Assembly (NCBI GenBank): GCA_963676395.1
Contig: OY781066.1
Location: 2,271,626-2,335,625 of the forward strand
Source of the DNA: a bacterium
Lineage (GTDB): Bacteria; Fidelibacterota; Fidelibacteria; Fidelibacterales; Fidelibacteraceae
DNA length: 64,000 nucleotides
Reading direction: 5' to 3'
Shown here: positions 10,325 through 18,830 of the stretch, piece by piece
Layout of the letters: every line of letters begins with the position of its first letter
Position numbering within the stretch: the first letter of the stretch is position 1
The notes under the pieces: model-generated
Database searches by the model: none
Seen by the model: only the letters and a program-made list of their open reading frames with translations
What the model was told of the DNA's origin: nothing
Program-made: the position numbers and the translations under genes

Positions 10325-10549
10325 ATGGTAGATTTTAGTTTGGAAGCATCATCAAAAAGAATTTATATTTCAAAATCTAAAGAGTATTTCAAAGAAGTTT
10401 TAAGTTCATATTTAAATTCAAATTATCGTGCAACTATTGTAACACTTTATTCAGTTTTTATATGTGATGTGGTTTTTAAACTCCAGCAATTGAGGGATTT
10501 GTATAATAATGTGTTTAACGTCAGCCTAAAGTGGACAATAATAAGGTAG
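10325..10549 (+). pseudogene. Probably truncated N-terminus of a longer helical (possibly HEPN-like) protein
   Basis: GGAG RBS; SKEYFKEVLSSYLNSNYRATIVTLYSVFICD resembles the start of longer accessory proteins (from memory) but stops after ~74 aa. Confidence 0.4.
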
Positions 10550-10598
10550 GAGTTAAGGGTAGAACAGTGCTAAACACAGGAAAATATTAAGGGAATTT

Positions 10599-11324
10599 AT
10601 GAAAACCATCAACACAATCCTCTTCGATCTAGACGCCACCGTCCTTCCCATGGACATGGACACCTTCGTCCAAAAATACTTCCATGAAATGGCCATTCAT
10701 TTTCACGATTTGATTGATGGTCGGGAATTGGCAAAAATAGTTATGACTTGCACAGAGATCATGGTGAAAAACACTGAAGACCGACGCAATGAGGCCGTCT
10801 TTTTTGAGCATTTTGCCAAAATGATCGAGGGTGATGTCAAGGTCTATCAGGATCGTTTCGATACCTTCTACGATAGCGGCTTTTTAAATGCCGAGGCTGC
10901 CACCTTAAAAAATGAGGATATGATCAAGTCGATCAAACTTTTGAAGGGAAAAGGCTATACCTTGGCCCTGGCCACCAATCCACTCTTTCCCATGAAAGCC
11001 AATCACCATCGCGTGCGCTGGGCGGGTCTGAGTCCGGATGATTTCTCTTACATCTCATCCATAGAAAATAACAACTATTGTAAACCCCAGCTCGACTATT
11101 ACCGCGAGGTGCTGAGCGCCATCGGCAAAACTCCCGACGAATGCATGATGGTCGGCAATGATGCCCTCGAAGACATGATCGCCGGTAAACTGGGAATTAA
11201 AACCTGGTTGATCGAGGATCACATGCTGAATAAGCATGGAGTGGAAATCCAGGCCGATGAGCGTGGGAGTTATGCGGATTTCCGTGCTTTCGTTGAAAGA
11301 ATGCCGTTTATCAGTGGTGAGTGA
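10599..11324 (+). CDS. HAD-superfamily hydrolase
   Basis: ILFDLDATV (motif I), LATNP (II), KP (III), MVGND..EDM (IV). Confidence 0.9.
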   Translation: MKTINTILFDLDATVLPMDMDTFVQKYFHEMAIHFHDLIDGRELAKIVMTCTEIMVKNTEDRRNEAVFFEHFAKMIEGDVKVYQDRFDTFYDSGFLNAEAATLKNEDMIKSIKLLKGKGYTLALATNPLFPMKANHHRVRWAGLSPDDFSYISSIENNNYCKPQLDYYREVLSAIGKTPDECMMVGNDALEDMIAGKLGIKTWLIEDHMLNKHGVEIQADERGSYADFRAFVERMPFISGE

Positions 11325-11405
11325 TGGGTTGTGAGTGCCCAAGAAAGAGTGTACGAGTCGATTGAGTATTGAGATTAAGATTAAGCTAGAATTGAGTATT
11401 AAGTT

Positions 11406-11433
11406 GTAGGGAACGGTCGCGACCGTTCCCTAC
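11406..11433. repeat. GTAG-type REP palindrome
   Basis: GTAGGGAACGGTCGCGACCGTTCCCTAC is a perfect palindrome. Confidence 0.8.
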
Positions 11434-11496
11434 GCCATATTGACTAAATTAAAACAGGTATGAAATATCTAAAATAACTCAACCACGTATTTTGGG

Positions 11497-11670
11497 GCCG
11501 CATCGCGACGACGCGTTAAGAAAATCTGACGAGAGAGGGTTAAAAACCTTTGGTAGTGAAATGAAATGGAACATTTCAAAGGTTTACCGAAAGAGGAAGA
11601 TTTTTAGCCTAAGGAGAGCCAGCGGCGAGTTTCTTTTGTTTCTTTTCTTTGACGGGCAAAGAAAAGAAAG
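11497..11670 (+). repeat. Structured ~175-nt repeat, copy 2
   Basis: Diverged inverted homolog of 7206-7378 with compensatory stem changes. Confidence 0.9.
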
Positions 11671-11681
11671 GATATATATTC

Positions 11682-11789
11682 TTGATCGAAGATCATTTGC
11701 TGAATAAACATGGGGTAGAGGTTGTGGCGGATGAGAAGGGGAGTTATGCGGATTTCCTGCGCTTTGTGGAAAATCTGCTTGCTAAATAA
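11682..11789 (+). pseudogene. Orphan duplicate of the HAD hydrolase 3' end
   Basis: Translates LIEDHLLNKHGVEVVADEKGSYADFLRFVENLLAK* versus LIEDHMLNKHGVEIQADERGSYADFRAFVERMPFISGE* at 11208-11324. Confidence 0.9.
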
Positions 11790-12823
11790 GGCTTAATGGT
11801 AAAAATGGGGGGCTATTTGGCCAAAAAATGGTCTGTTAATTTAGTTTTCATTTCATCCTTAATTCCAGCATGATTTCTTAGCTTTGTTTTTAATTCAGTA
11901 AAGTTACCTTCCAGTAGATTTGTTGTGTTTGGGATATGTAAATCAGGGTAATCTTGGAAAGTAAAAAGATAAGGTGTGTTTGTCTTTAGGCTTCGATAAG
12001 CACTTCTCAATCTTTTGTGAGTATAATGCCACTTACCCGTAATTGGATTAACCGTTTTTTCTTTCAAATAATTTTGCCATTTTTTATGCCAATGATCTAA
12101 TATGAAGATCCAAGATGTTTTATCAATGTTTTTGAGTTGGTATGATATTTCTTTGAGCTCATGGCCGGCCGGTGTGCGTGGATTCAGTGTTAAATAACGC
12201 CTTATGATAGCCTGTTGGTGGAAGTGACACATTTGGATAGGGATTTCTGCAAACGCCTTAAATAAGCCTCTTCTGCCGTCACAGACGATAGCTTTATTAT
12301 CCATCCTCTCATCTTTAGCAAACCAATACCTTGTTTGTAAAGATCAATTGTTTCTGTCTTGATGTACCGCCAATCAAGATTCTTTTTACTATACGCATCT
12401 TTAAATACCATGACACCAAAGCCTCGTCTGAAGTAGCTACTATCCATAATGATCACTGTATCTGAAGGTTTGTAATCGGGGATAGTGACTTGATGATCTG
12501 CTAATTTTGATCGGATTGTTTTAATGCTTAAATGATACTTTTCTGATAACTGTCGTAAGCTTTGCTTGCCTTCAAAATAATCAACGAAAAGACTGTGAGA
12601 TATTTTTTTTCTTGGTCTTGATTTGCTGGAGAATCTGTGGTGACAATCGTTGCATTTATAGCTCTGTTTTCCCCTCTTCTTTCCGTTCTTTTTGGTGCTA
12701 TTTCCACCACATTTTGGACATCTTTTTAGCCATCTTTTTATTTAAAAAATAAGAAATCTTATTTAATAAACTATAAATCAATTAATTATAGCGTTTTTAG
12801 CCCCCCCTTTTTACCATTAAGCC
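11790..12823 (-). mobile_element. IS256-like insertion sequence (Zn-finger variant), ~1034 bp
   Basis: 26-bp TIRs GGCTTAATGGTAAAAA(T/G)GGGGGGCTA with 1 mismatch at 11790-11815 and 12798-12823; 8-bp TSD CTAAATAA at 11782-11789 and 12824-12831. Confidence 0.92.
11813..12733 (-). pseudogene. Frameshifted IS256-family DDE transposase
   Basis: CPKC..CNDC zinc finger and HTH-like region, MDSSYF (D), IVCDG (D), QMCHFH, TTNLLEG (E); frame breaks near 12300 (GWII/KAIVCDG) and just after the ATG at 12733. Confidence 0.8.
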
Positions 12824-13156
12824 CTAAATAATAAATAATGATTCTTGCAGATGTACAGGCGGGGCTGGACCCGCCCTATTGATCAAATGCAAGAATTTCG
12901 ATCCTGTCAATACCCTTCATTTTTTACGATTCCACGATTAAACGATTCCGCGATTAAACTTTTTTAAAAATAATTCACAATTTATTAGGAAACCCGCTTT
13001 TATAAAGCTATAATGCCATCCTAAGGATATTTTGTATAGAAAAGATAATTTCACACCTATATAAGTTAACAAGAATGTTGTCCTGCTGTCATTAGACTCC
13101 GTGCGTAAGTTTTATGATAGCTAATATGATTATTACGCATCGATAAAGGAATAGAC

Positions 13157-13426
13157 ATGAACATCTATGTAGGAAATTTAAGTTACGACGTCACAGACAA
13201 TGATTTACGCAACGCTTTTGGCGAATTTGGTAGCGTAAGCAAAGCTAACATTATCATGGACAAAATGACCGGAAAATCAAAAGGTTTTGCGTTCATCGAA
13301 ATGGATAATGATGCTGAAGGTCAAAAAGCCATTGATGAATTGAATGGTGCAGATCTTATGGGTCGTAACCTAAAAGTAAATCTTGCTCGCCCTCGCGAAG
13401 AACGTCCCGCACGTAAAAGCTGGTAA
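13157..13426 (+). CDS. RRM-domain RNA-binding protein
   Basis: RNP2 IYVGNL and RNP1 KGFAFIEM. Confidence 0.95.
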   Translation: MNIYVGNLSYDVTDNDLRNAFGEFGSVSKANIIMDKMTGKSKGFAFIEMDNDAEGQKAIDELNGADLMGRNLKVNLARPREERPARKSW

Positions 13427-13431
13427 GCATT

Positions 13432-13459
13432 GTAGAGACGCAAGATCTTGCGTCTACAC
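13432..13459. repeat. GTAG-type REP-like palindrome
   Basis: GTAGAGACGCAAGATCTTGCGTCTACAC. Confidence 0.7.
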
Positions 13460-13470
13460 AAATTATAATT

Positions 13471-13496
13471 AAGCTCCCAATTGGGAGCTTTTTTTG
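13471..13496 (+). terminator. Terminator of the RRM gene
   Basis: AAGCTCCCAATTGGGAGCTT followed by a T tract. Confidence 0.75.
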
Positions 13497-13650
13497 TTTA
13501 TGGGATATTTTTAGTATTAAGATTTAGATTGAGTCGGAAATTATAATAAGACGTAGGGAAGGGCTAGACCCGGCGGGGATTCCCAAGGGCAGGCTTAGCC
13601 CTGTCTCTGCATTTAAATCATCTTATTATAATTTATTTAAAGACAAACAA

Positions 13651-13678
13651 AAAAAGGCTCTCGAATGAGAGCCTTTTT
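13651..13678 (-). terminator. Terminator of the aminotransferase gene (possibly bidirectional)
   Basis: AAAAAAGGCTCTC-GAAT-GAGAGCCTTTTT. Confidence 0.75.
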
Positions 13679-13693
13679 GAATATAATCAATAA

Positions 13694-14764
13694 TTACAGT
13701 TTGCTTGCAAGCATATCCAAGTATTCTTGAAGAACTTCAGGCTTGCGATCTGCCATATGAGCAATACGGAAAGTTTTACCTTTCAGTGATCCGTATCCAT
13801 TAGAAAGAAGGTAGCCTTCTTCACCGGCTGCTTTAGCAAGTGCGGCAACATCAATGTCGCGTGTGTTCTTGACGGTTGTCACAGTGTTTGAACGGTAACC
13901 TTCGCCTGCGAGCAGTTCAAAACCATTATCCAAGGCCCATTTGCGTGCTGTTTCGGCCATGGCGGCGTGACGGGCATAGCGGGCTTCCTGACCTTCTTCT
14001 TCAAGGATATATTTCAATTGAAGATCCAATGCAAACATATGAGGAATACTTGGGGTGGTAGGATATTGATAAGGTTTGGTTTTAACAAATTTGTGTAAGT
14101 TTACATAGTCAAAGTAAAAGCCGCGGTTCGGAATGCCTTTGGCCTTTTCGATAGCTTCTTCTGTAACAGATGCAATTGCCATGCCCGGAGGCAGTCCAAG
14201 ACATTTCTGTGTGGATGTAATACAAACATCAATTCCCAGTTTGTCGACCTCGATCTTAACGCCTCCCATGGATGAAACGGCATCAACACACCAGATAACA
14301 TCAGGGTATTTTTTCTTAACTTCCGCAATGGCTTCAACGGGGTTCATAATACCGGTTGACGTTTCATTGTGTGTGACACAGAAAAGATCGTATTTGCCCG
14401 TTGCAAGATATTCATCTACAACTTCAGGTAGGGTAGGGTTACCCCATTCGACTTCAACTTTGTCTACGGGAATGCCATTGACTTCAGCAAGCTGTGCCCA
14501 ACGGTTACCAAAGGCTCCTACTGAAAAAACCAGCGCACGTTTTGCCGTAAAACAGCGAACGGCACCTTCCATCATACCTGTACCTGAGGAGGATGATAGC
14601 AAAATTGTGTTATCGGTGTAAAACAATTTCTGAAGATTCAGCGAGATACGTTCCTGTAAAGCTGAAATGTCTTTGGTACGGTGACCGATCATCGGTGTTG
14701 CAAAGGCGTCCAGGACTTCCTGTCTTACATCGACCGGGCCCGGAATAAAAAGCTTTTTAGCCAT
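13694..14764 (-). CDS. Class V PLP-dependent aminotransferase (alanine-glyoxylate / serine-pyruvate type)
   Basis: LFIPGP, THNETSTG, VDAVSS, STQKCLG (PLP Lys), FRIAHM. Confidence 0.9.
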   Translation of the reverse strand: MAKKLFIPGPVDVRQEVLDAFATPMIGHRTKDISALQERISLNLQKLFYTDNTILLSSSSGTGMMEGAVRCFTAKRALVFSVGAFGNRWAQLAEVNGIPVDKVEVEWGNPTLPEVVDEYLATGKYDLFCVTHNETSTGIMNPVEAIAEVKKKYPDVIWCVDAVSSMGGVKIEVDKLGIDVCITSTQKCLGLPPGMAIASVTEEAIEKAKGIPNRGFYFDYVNLHKFVKTKPYQYPTTPSIPHMFALDLQLKYILEEEGQEARYARHAAMAETARKWALDNGFELLAGEGYRSNTVTTVKNTRDIDVAALAKAAGEEGYLLSNGYGSLKGKTFRIAHMADRKPEVLQEYLDMLASKL

Positions 14765-15025
14765 GGTTGTTCCCTTTCTGTTTAATGTTTTAACCACAAA
14801 CAATTATACGAATAATAATTGTTTCTATCAATAGTAATTCGATAAAAATGCAAAAAAGATAACAATTAACAATTAGAAGAAAGATAATGCAAATGAATGT
14901 TCGGTATCAGGTGCTTGAGAATCAGTAACTTGTGTAATCTTCGTAAATGAAATTAGACAGGCTTTATATTATTTCAAAGGAGAAAATTTATTTGGTAAAG
15001 GGAATGGTTCCTTACATGACAAGCG

Positions 15026-15598
15026 CTAGACAGATTTTAATATTAACTCGTCGAGTTTTCGCTTTGGAACATGGTGCACAGAGGCATCATCCCGATAATA
15101 ATTAATATCTTCCTTTATGTCTTCGATCACGATCTTTTCCCCGGGCGTGCCCAGAGCGATAGCGATGGATATCTCGTAGTTCTCATCAATATTAAAAAGC
15201 TCACGGACCGCTTTTCGTTTGACGGAACCGAGAATGCATCCGCCAAAACCATTCGCAACAGCGCTAAGCAGAATACTTTGCGCGGCAATACCAACATCCA
15301 TCAGCTCAAATTGAGACGGATTTTTGGGTGTAAGGATCAAGATGTAAGATGTGGGACGTTCGTTTATAGCGGGACCGGGCCAGTTTTTTAAAGCACCCGC
15401 CCAAGCTGTGTTGATAAATAGATCATCGCAGGCTTGCTTGGAGCTAACCAGGATAAAGCGAAGCACCTGAGCGTTGCGTGCGGAAGGGGAGAGGCGGGCA
15501 GAATTGACCAGATCACGCAGAGCTTGATCATTTAGCACGGGGGTCTGCTTAAAACGACGAAAAGAACGATTGGATTCGAGAAGGTCTTTGATGTTCAT
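15026..15598 (-). CDS. Nitroreductase family protein
   Basis: NRSFRRF, SPSARNAQ, DVGIAAQSILL. Confidence 0.9.
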   Translation of the reverse strand: MNIKDLLESNRSFRRFKQTPVLNDQALRDLVNSARLSPSARNAQVLRFILVSSKQACDDLFINTAWAGALKNWPGPAINERPTSYILILTPKNPSQFELMDVGIAAQSILLSAVANGFGGCILGSVKRKAVRELFNIDENYEISIAIALGTPGEKIVIEDIKEDINYYRDDASVHHVPKRKLDELILKSV

Positions 15599-15675
15599 AT
15601 GTCCTCCTAATGATCATAGATTTATGAATCCCGATTCTTGATTTGAAATTTTACAATTTGAAGTCTGGATTTTCT

Positions 15676-16272
15676 TTATTTATTCATCTGTAAAAATCGA
15701 CGAATGATCTCTTCCGTCGATAATTTCTCATCTTTTTTTACATGTTTATCAAGCACGGTTTGTACCTGGGATTTTTTATAGCCCAAGGCTACCAGCGCCA
15801 AAACGGCATCCTTGATATGTTGTGCAAGCGGAGAATCTTGTGACATCCCGGTGATTTGTGTGACTTCATCATCGCTGATCTTATCTTTTAATTCAAGAAT
15901 GATTCGGCGCGCTGTTTTATCGCCAACGCCGGGGGCGCGTTTTACGGCTGCAACATCACCCTGAAGTATAAATTCCATCAGTTGGTCATAACGGATGCCC
16001 GAAAGGATGTTTATGGCCTGTTTAGGGCCTATACCGGAAAGTGAGATCAGTTTATCGAACATTTTACGTTCTTTGGACTCTATAAAGCCGTATAGCTGCA
16101 AGATATCTTGTCGGATATGCAAATAGGTGTGGATCTTACAATCGCTTCCTACAGAGCCTAATTTTTCGTATGTATACAGCGAAATTGTACATTCGTAACC
16201 TATGTTGTTCACATTCAGAACAAGAAGGTTGGGTTCTTTGGTTTCGATCTTACCGTGGAGAAAGTGTATCAT
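15676..16272 (-). CDS. ruvA: Holliday junction DNA helicase subunit RuvA
   Basis: MIHFLHG, LYGF, GIGPK and GVGDKTA HhH motifs, ALVALGY. Confidence 0.95.
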   Translation of the reverse strand: MIHFLHGKIETKEPNLLVLNVNNIGYECTISLYTYEKLGSVGSDCKIHTYLHIRQDILQLYGFIESKERKMFDKLISLSGIGPKQAINILSGIRYDQLMEFILQGDVAAVKRAPGVGDKTARRIILELKDKISDDEVTQITGMSQDSPLAQHIKDAVLALVALGYKKSQVQTVLDKHVKKDEKLSTEEIIRRFLQMNK

Positions 16273-16333
16273 AAGATTTCCTCTTTATTCATGAGAATGC
16301 AGGGAACGGTTAAAACCGTCCCTTACAAAGAGA

Positions 16334-16822
16334 TTACTTTATCTTCAATCCATATTTCAGTGTATTATAATGCGCTATCGCAACAGCCAAGGCATCGCTT
16401 ACATCCATTTTTCCTCCCAATGAAGGCAATTTAAGCATTTTTATGACCATATATTTAACCTGTTCTTTTGAGGCTGATCCAACACCGGTGAGGGCTTTTT
16501 TTACTATGGTGGCCGGATATTCATGGAGGGGAAGTTGTTTCATTTGTCCCGCAAGCATCAATACGCCGCGTGCATGCCCAAGTTTTAAAGATGTTTTAGG
16601 ATTGATGTTGGAAAAGGTTTCTTCAATGGCAAAGGCATCCGGTTTGTAGTCGTCAATGACTTCACAACAGGATTTATATAGTATTTCAAGTTTTTCCGGA
16701 AAATCATAGGCCTTAGATGTAGATATTTCGCCGGCAGCGATAAATGAGAGCTTTGAGTGCTCAACCTTGATCACTCCATAGCCCGATGTATTTAAACCCG
16801 GATCTATTCCAAGAATTATCAT
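16334..16822 (-). CDS. ruvC: Crossover junction endodeoxyribonuclease RuvC
   Basis: ILGIDPG, AIEE, LGHARG, VKKALTG.G.ASKEQV, DVSDALAVA. Confidence 0.95.
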   Translation of the reverse strand: MIILGIDPGLNTSGYGVIKVEHSKLSFIAAGEISTSKAYDFPEKLEILYKSCCEVIDDYKPDAFAIEETFSNINPKTSLKLGHARGVLMLAGQMKQLPLHEYPATIVKKALTGVGSASKEQVKYMVIKMLKLPSLGGKMDVSDALAVAIAHYNTLKYGLKIK

Positions 16823-17568
16823 TCGCTGATTTGTGCCATGATCTCTTCGGGAATCTCTGAATTGTCCCAGGCGTTCTGGACATCATCATGATCATCCAAA
16901 AGATCAAAGAGTTTCATGTATTTACTGGCCTGATCGACATCTTCGATTTTAACGGTCGTACCCGGGATCTGCTCGATGGCGGCATGGACGATCTCGTAAG
17001 TTTCTTTTAATGCTTCATGTACATTGTTAAAAGAAGCTTGATCTGTCAAGATAGTGAAGCTGTCGCCGTCTTTAGATATATCTTCAGCGCCGGCTTCTAA
17101 CGCTTCCATCATCAATTCGTCTTCATCCACACTTTCTGCTGCAACGATAATATTACCTTTGCGAGAGAAATTCCAGTTCACGGAACCGGTTTCGCCAAGG
17201 TTCCCGCCGTGTTTTGACAGTAAATGTCTTATCTCAGCAACGGTTCGCTGTTTGTTATCTGTCAACACTTCCAACATAATGGCGACACCAAAGGGACCGT
17301 AGCCTTCGTAGGTAATCTCTTCATAGTTAACGCCTTCAAGTTCGCCCGTACCTTTTTTGATCGCGCGATCGAGTGTGTCTTTGGGAACGTTTGCAGCACG
17401 AGCTGCTATAACTGCAGTACGCAAACGAGGATTTGAATCTATGTCACCGCCACCGATCTTTGCGGCAACGGTAATTTCTTTAAGAATTTTAGTCCATACT
17501 TTTGCTCTTTTTGAATCTTGAGCAGCTTTTCTGTGCTTAATATTTGCCCACTTACTATGTCCGGCCAT
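16819..17568 (-). CDS. yebC: YebC/PmpR family protein
   Basis: MAGHSKWANIKHRK, NPRLR, YEGYGP, DDHDDVQN. Confidence 0.95.
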   Translation of the reverse strand: MAGHSKWANIKHRKAAQDSKRAKVWTKILKEITVAAKIGGGDIDSNPRLRTAVIAARAANVPKDTLDRAIKKGTGELEGVNYEEITYEGYGPFGVAIMLEVLTDNKQRTVAEIRHLLSKHGGNLGETGSVNWNFSRKGNIIVAAESVDEDELMMEALEAGAEDISKDGDSFTILTDQASFNNVHEALKETYEIVHAAIEQIPGTTVKIEDVDQASKYMKLFDLLDDHDDVQNAWDNSEIPEEIMAQISE

Positions 17569-17850
17569 ACTTTTTTCCTTGTACTAATCGTTAATATTTT
17601 TATCTGCTAAAAATAAGCTTTAAAAAACTTAAATGCAAATCGTAATTGGTGTGTAGGCTTCTCATTAAGCAATACATAGATTAATATCTACAGTAAATTA
17701 CGTTGTTGAATTTTAAATACAGTGTTTAAGTTTTATTGTAATTGTGATAATTGTTCGCTTACTGTCAGAATATCAGGCAAATACCGCATTGCGTAATTAA
17801 ATGTATTTGAGATATTTGTTATATGGTATCTCTAAAATCACATGGTAATA

Positions 17851-17878
17851 AAAAACGCCTCGTTTAAACGAGGCGTTA
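17851..17878 (-). terminator. Terminator of the coiled-coil protein gene
   Basis: AAAAACGCCTCG-TTTAAA-CGAGGCGTT. Confidence 0.7.
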
Positions 17879-17899
17879 ATTTATTCTTGTACTCAGAGC

Positions 17900-18409
17900 T
17901 TATTTTCTAACTTTTTTCTTAACGACAGTTGTATCAAGATCTGTAACTTGCAACTGTAGTTTTTCGATGTCGCGTGTCAAGTTCTGTAACTGCTGTGTTG
18001 CACGAATGTTGTTCTGTGTGACTGTACGACGTAGGTTGGTAAGTTTCCTGTCAACATCGTCTGTGCGTGAACGTAATTGTGCAGCGCTGGCATCAAGTAC
18101 TAAACCCAATGAGTCAATTCTTGTGTTGATATAGAACATATCGCTTGAATGTTGATCTTTGAATTCATTCAAATTCTTTTCTAAAGCTAGAAAGCGTTGG
18201 CTGTTCTGATTGATATGTTTTCTATGGCCGATAAGGCGAACATCAAAATCATGAAGATCATCCGTATATCCCTGATATTTATCTACAATACCATCGGAAC
18301 GTTTGTCAATAGCAGTCAAACGCTTATTAAAACCGGTTTGTGTAAAGTACATAAATCCTAGTGCAGCAAAGAGAAGGACCCATAGAAGAGACATAAAAAA
18401 CTTTTTCAT
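17900..18409 (-). CDS. Hypothetical membrane-anchored coiled-coil protein
   Basis: N-terminal TM segment, heptad-rich remainder, AGGAG RBS. Confidence 0.75.
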   Translation of the reverse strand: MKKFFMSLLWVLLFAALGFMYFTQTGFNKRLTAIDKRSDGIVDKYQGYTDDLHDFDVRLIGHRKHINQNSQRFLALEKNLNEFKDQHSSDMFYINTRIDSLGLVLDASAAQLRSRTDDVDRKLTNLRRTVTQNNIRATQQLQNLTRDIEKLQLQVTDLDTTVVKKKVRK

Positions 18410-18830
18410 TATTTACTCCTAATTTCAAATAAAATATTCATGTCGATAACAAGACAAAAAGTAATTAAAAGAATATGCAAAAGCAATAGATGATGTGTAA
18501 AATTGTAACAAAAATTTCATGCATACTTTAAGATAGTGGATTATTGCCATAGTTTTGGTATAAACACACTCAATTGTCAATTATGAATTATTTTAAGTTT
18601 AAAAATGTGCCATACGTCACACGTTCTAATTGACAATTGTCCGCTTGCCCTAAATAACGTAAATTCAGGACTACAAAATGAAATATTCCGATTATCAAAA
18701 ATCAACAATAACACCCGATATTGAATCTAAGCTAAGATATTCTCCCAATAATTTCGATTTCATGATATTTCCTGATTTTTAGAAAACATCTGAATAGTTT
18801 AAATCATCTAAGTCACCGCTTACAGTCATA

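Noticed and set aside
7813..10549. Integron cassette array
   Set aside because: No integrase and no convincing attC (RYYYAAC...GTTRRRY) hairpins were recognised between the ORFs.
11208..11789. HAD 3' duplicate as a diversity-generating retroelement TR/VR pair
   Set aside because: Differences are largely synonymous and involve all bases rather than being adenine-specific, and there is no reverse transcriptase in the window.
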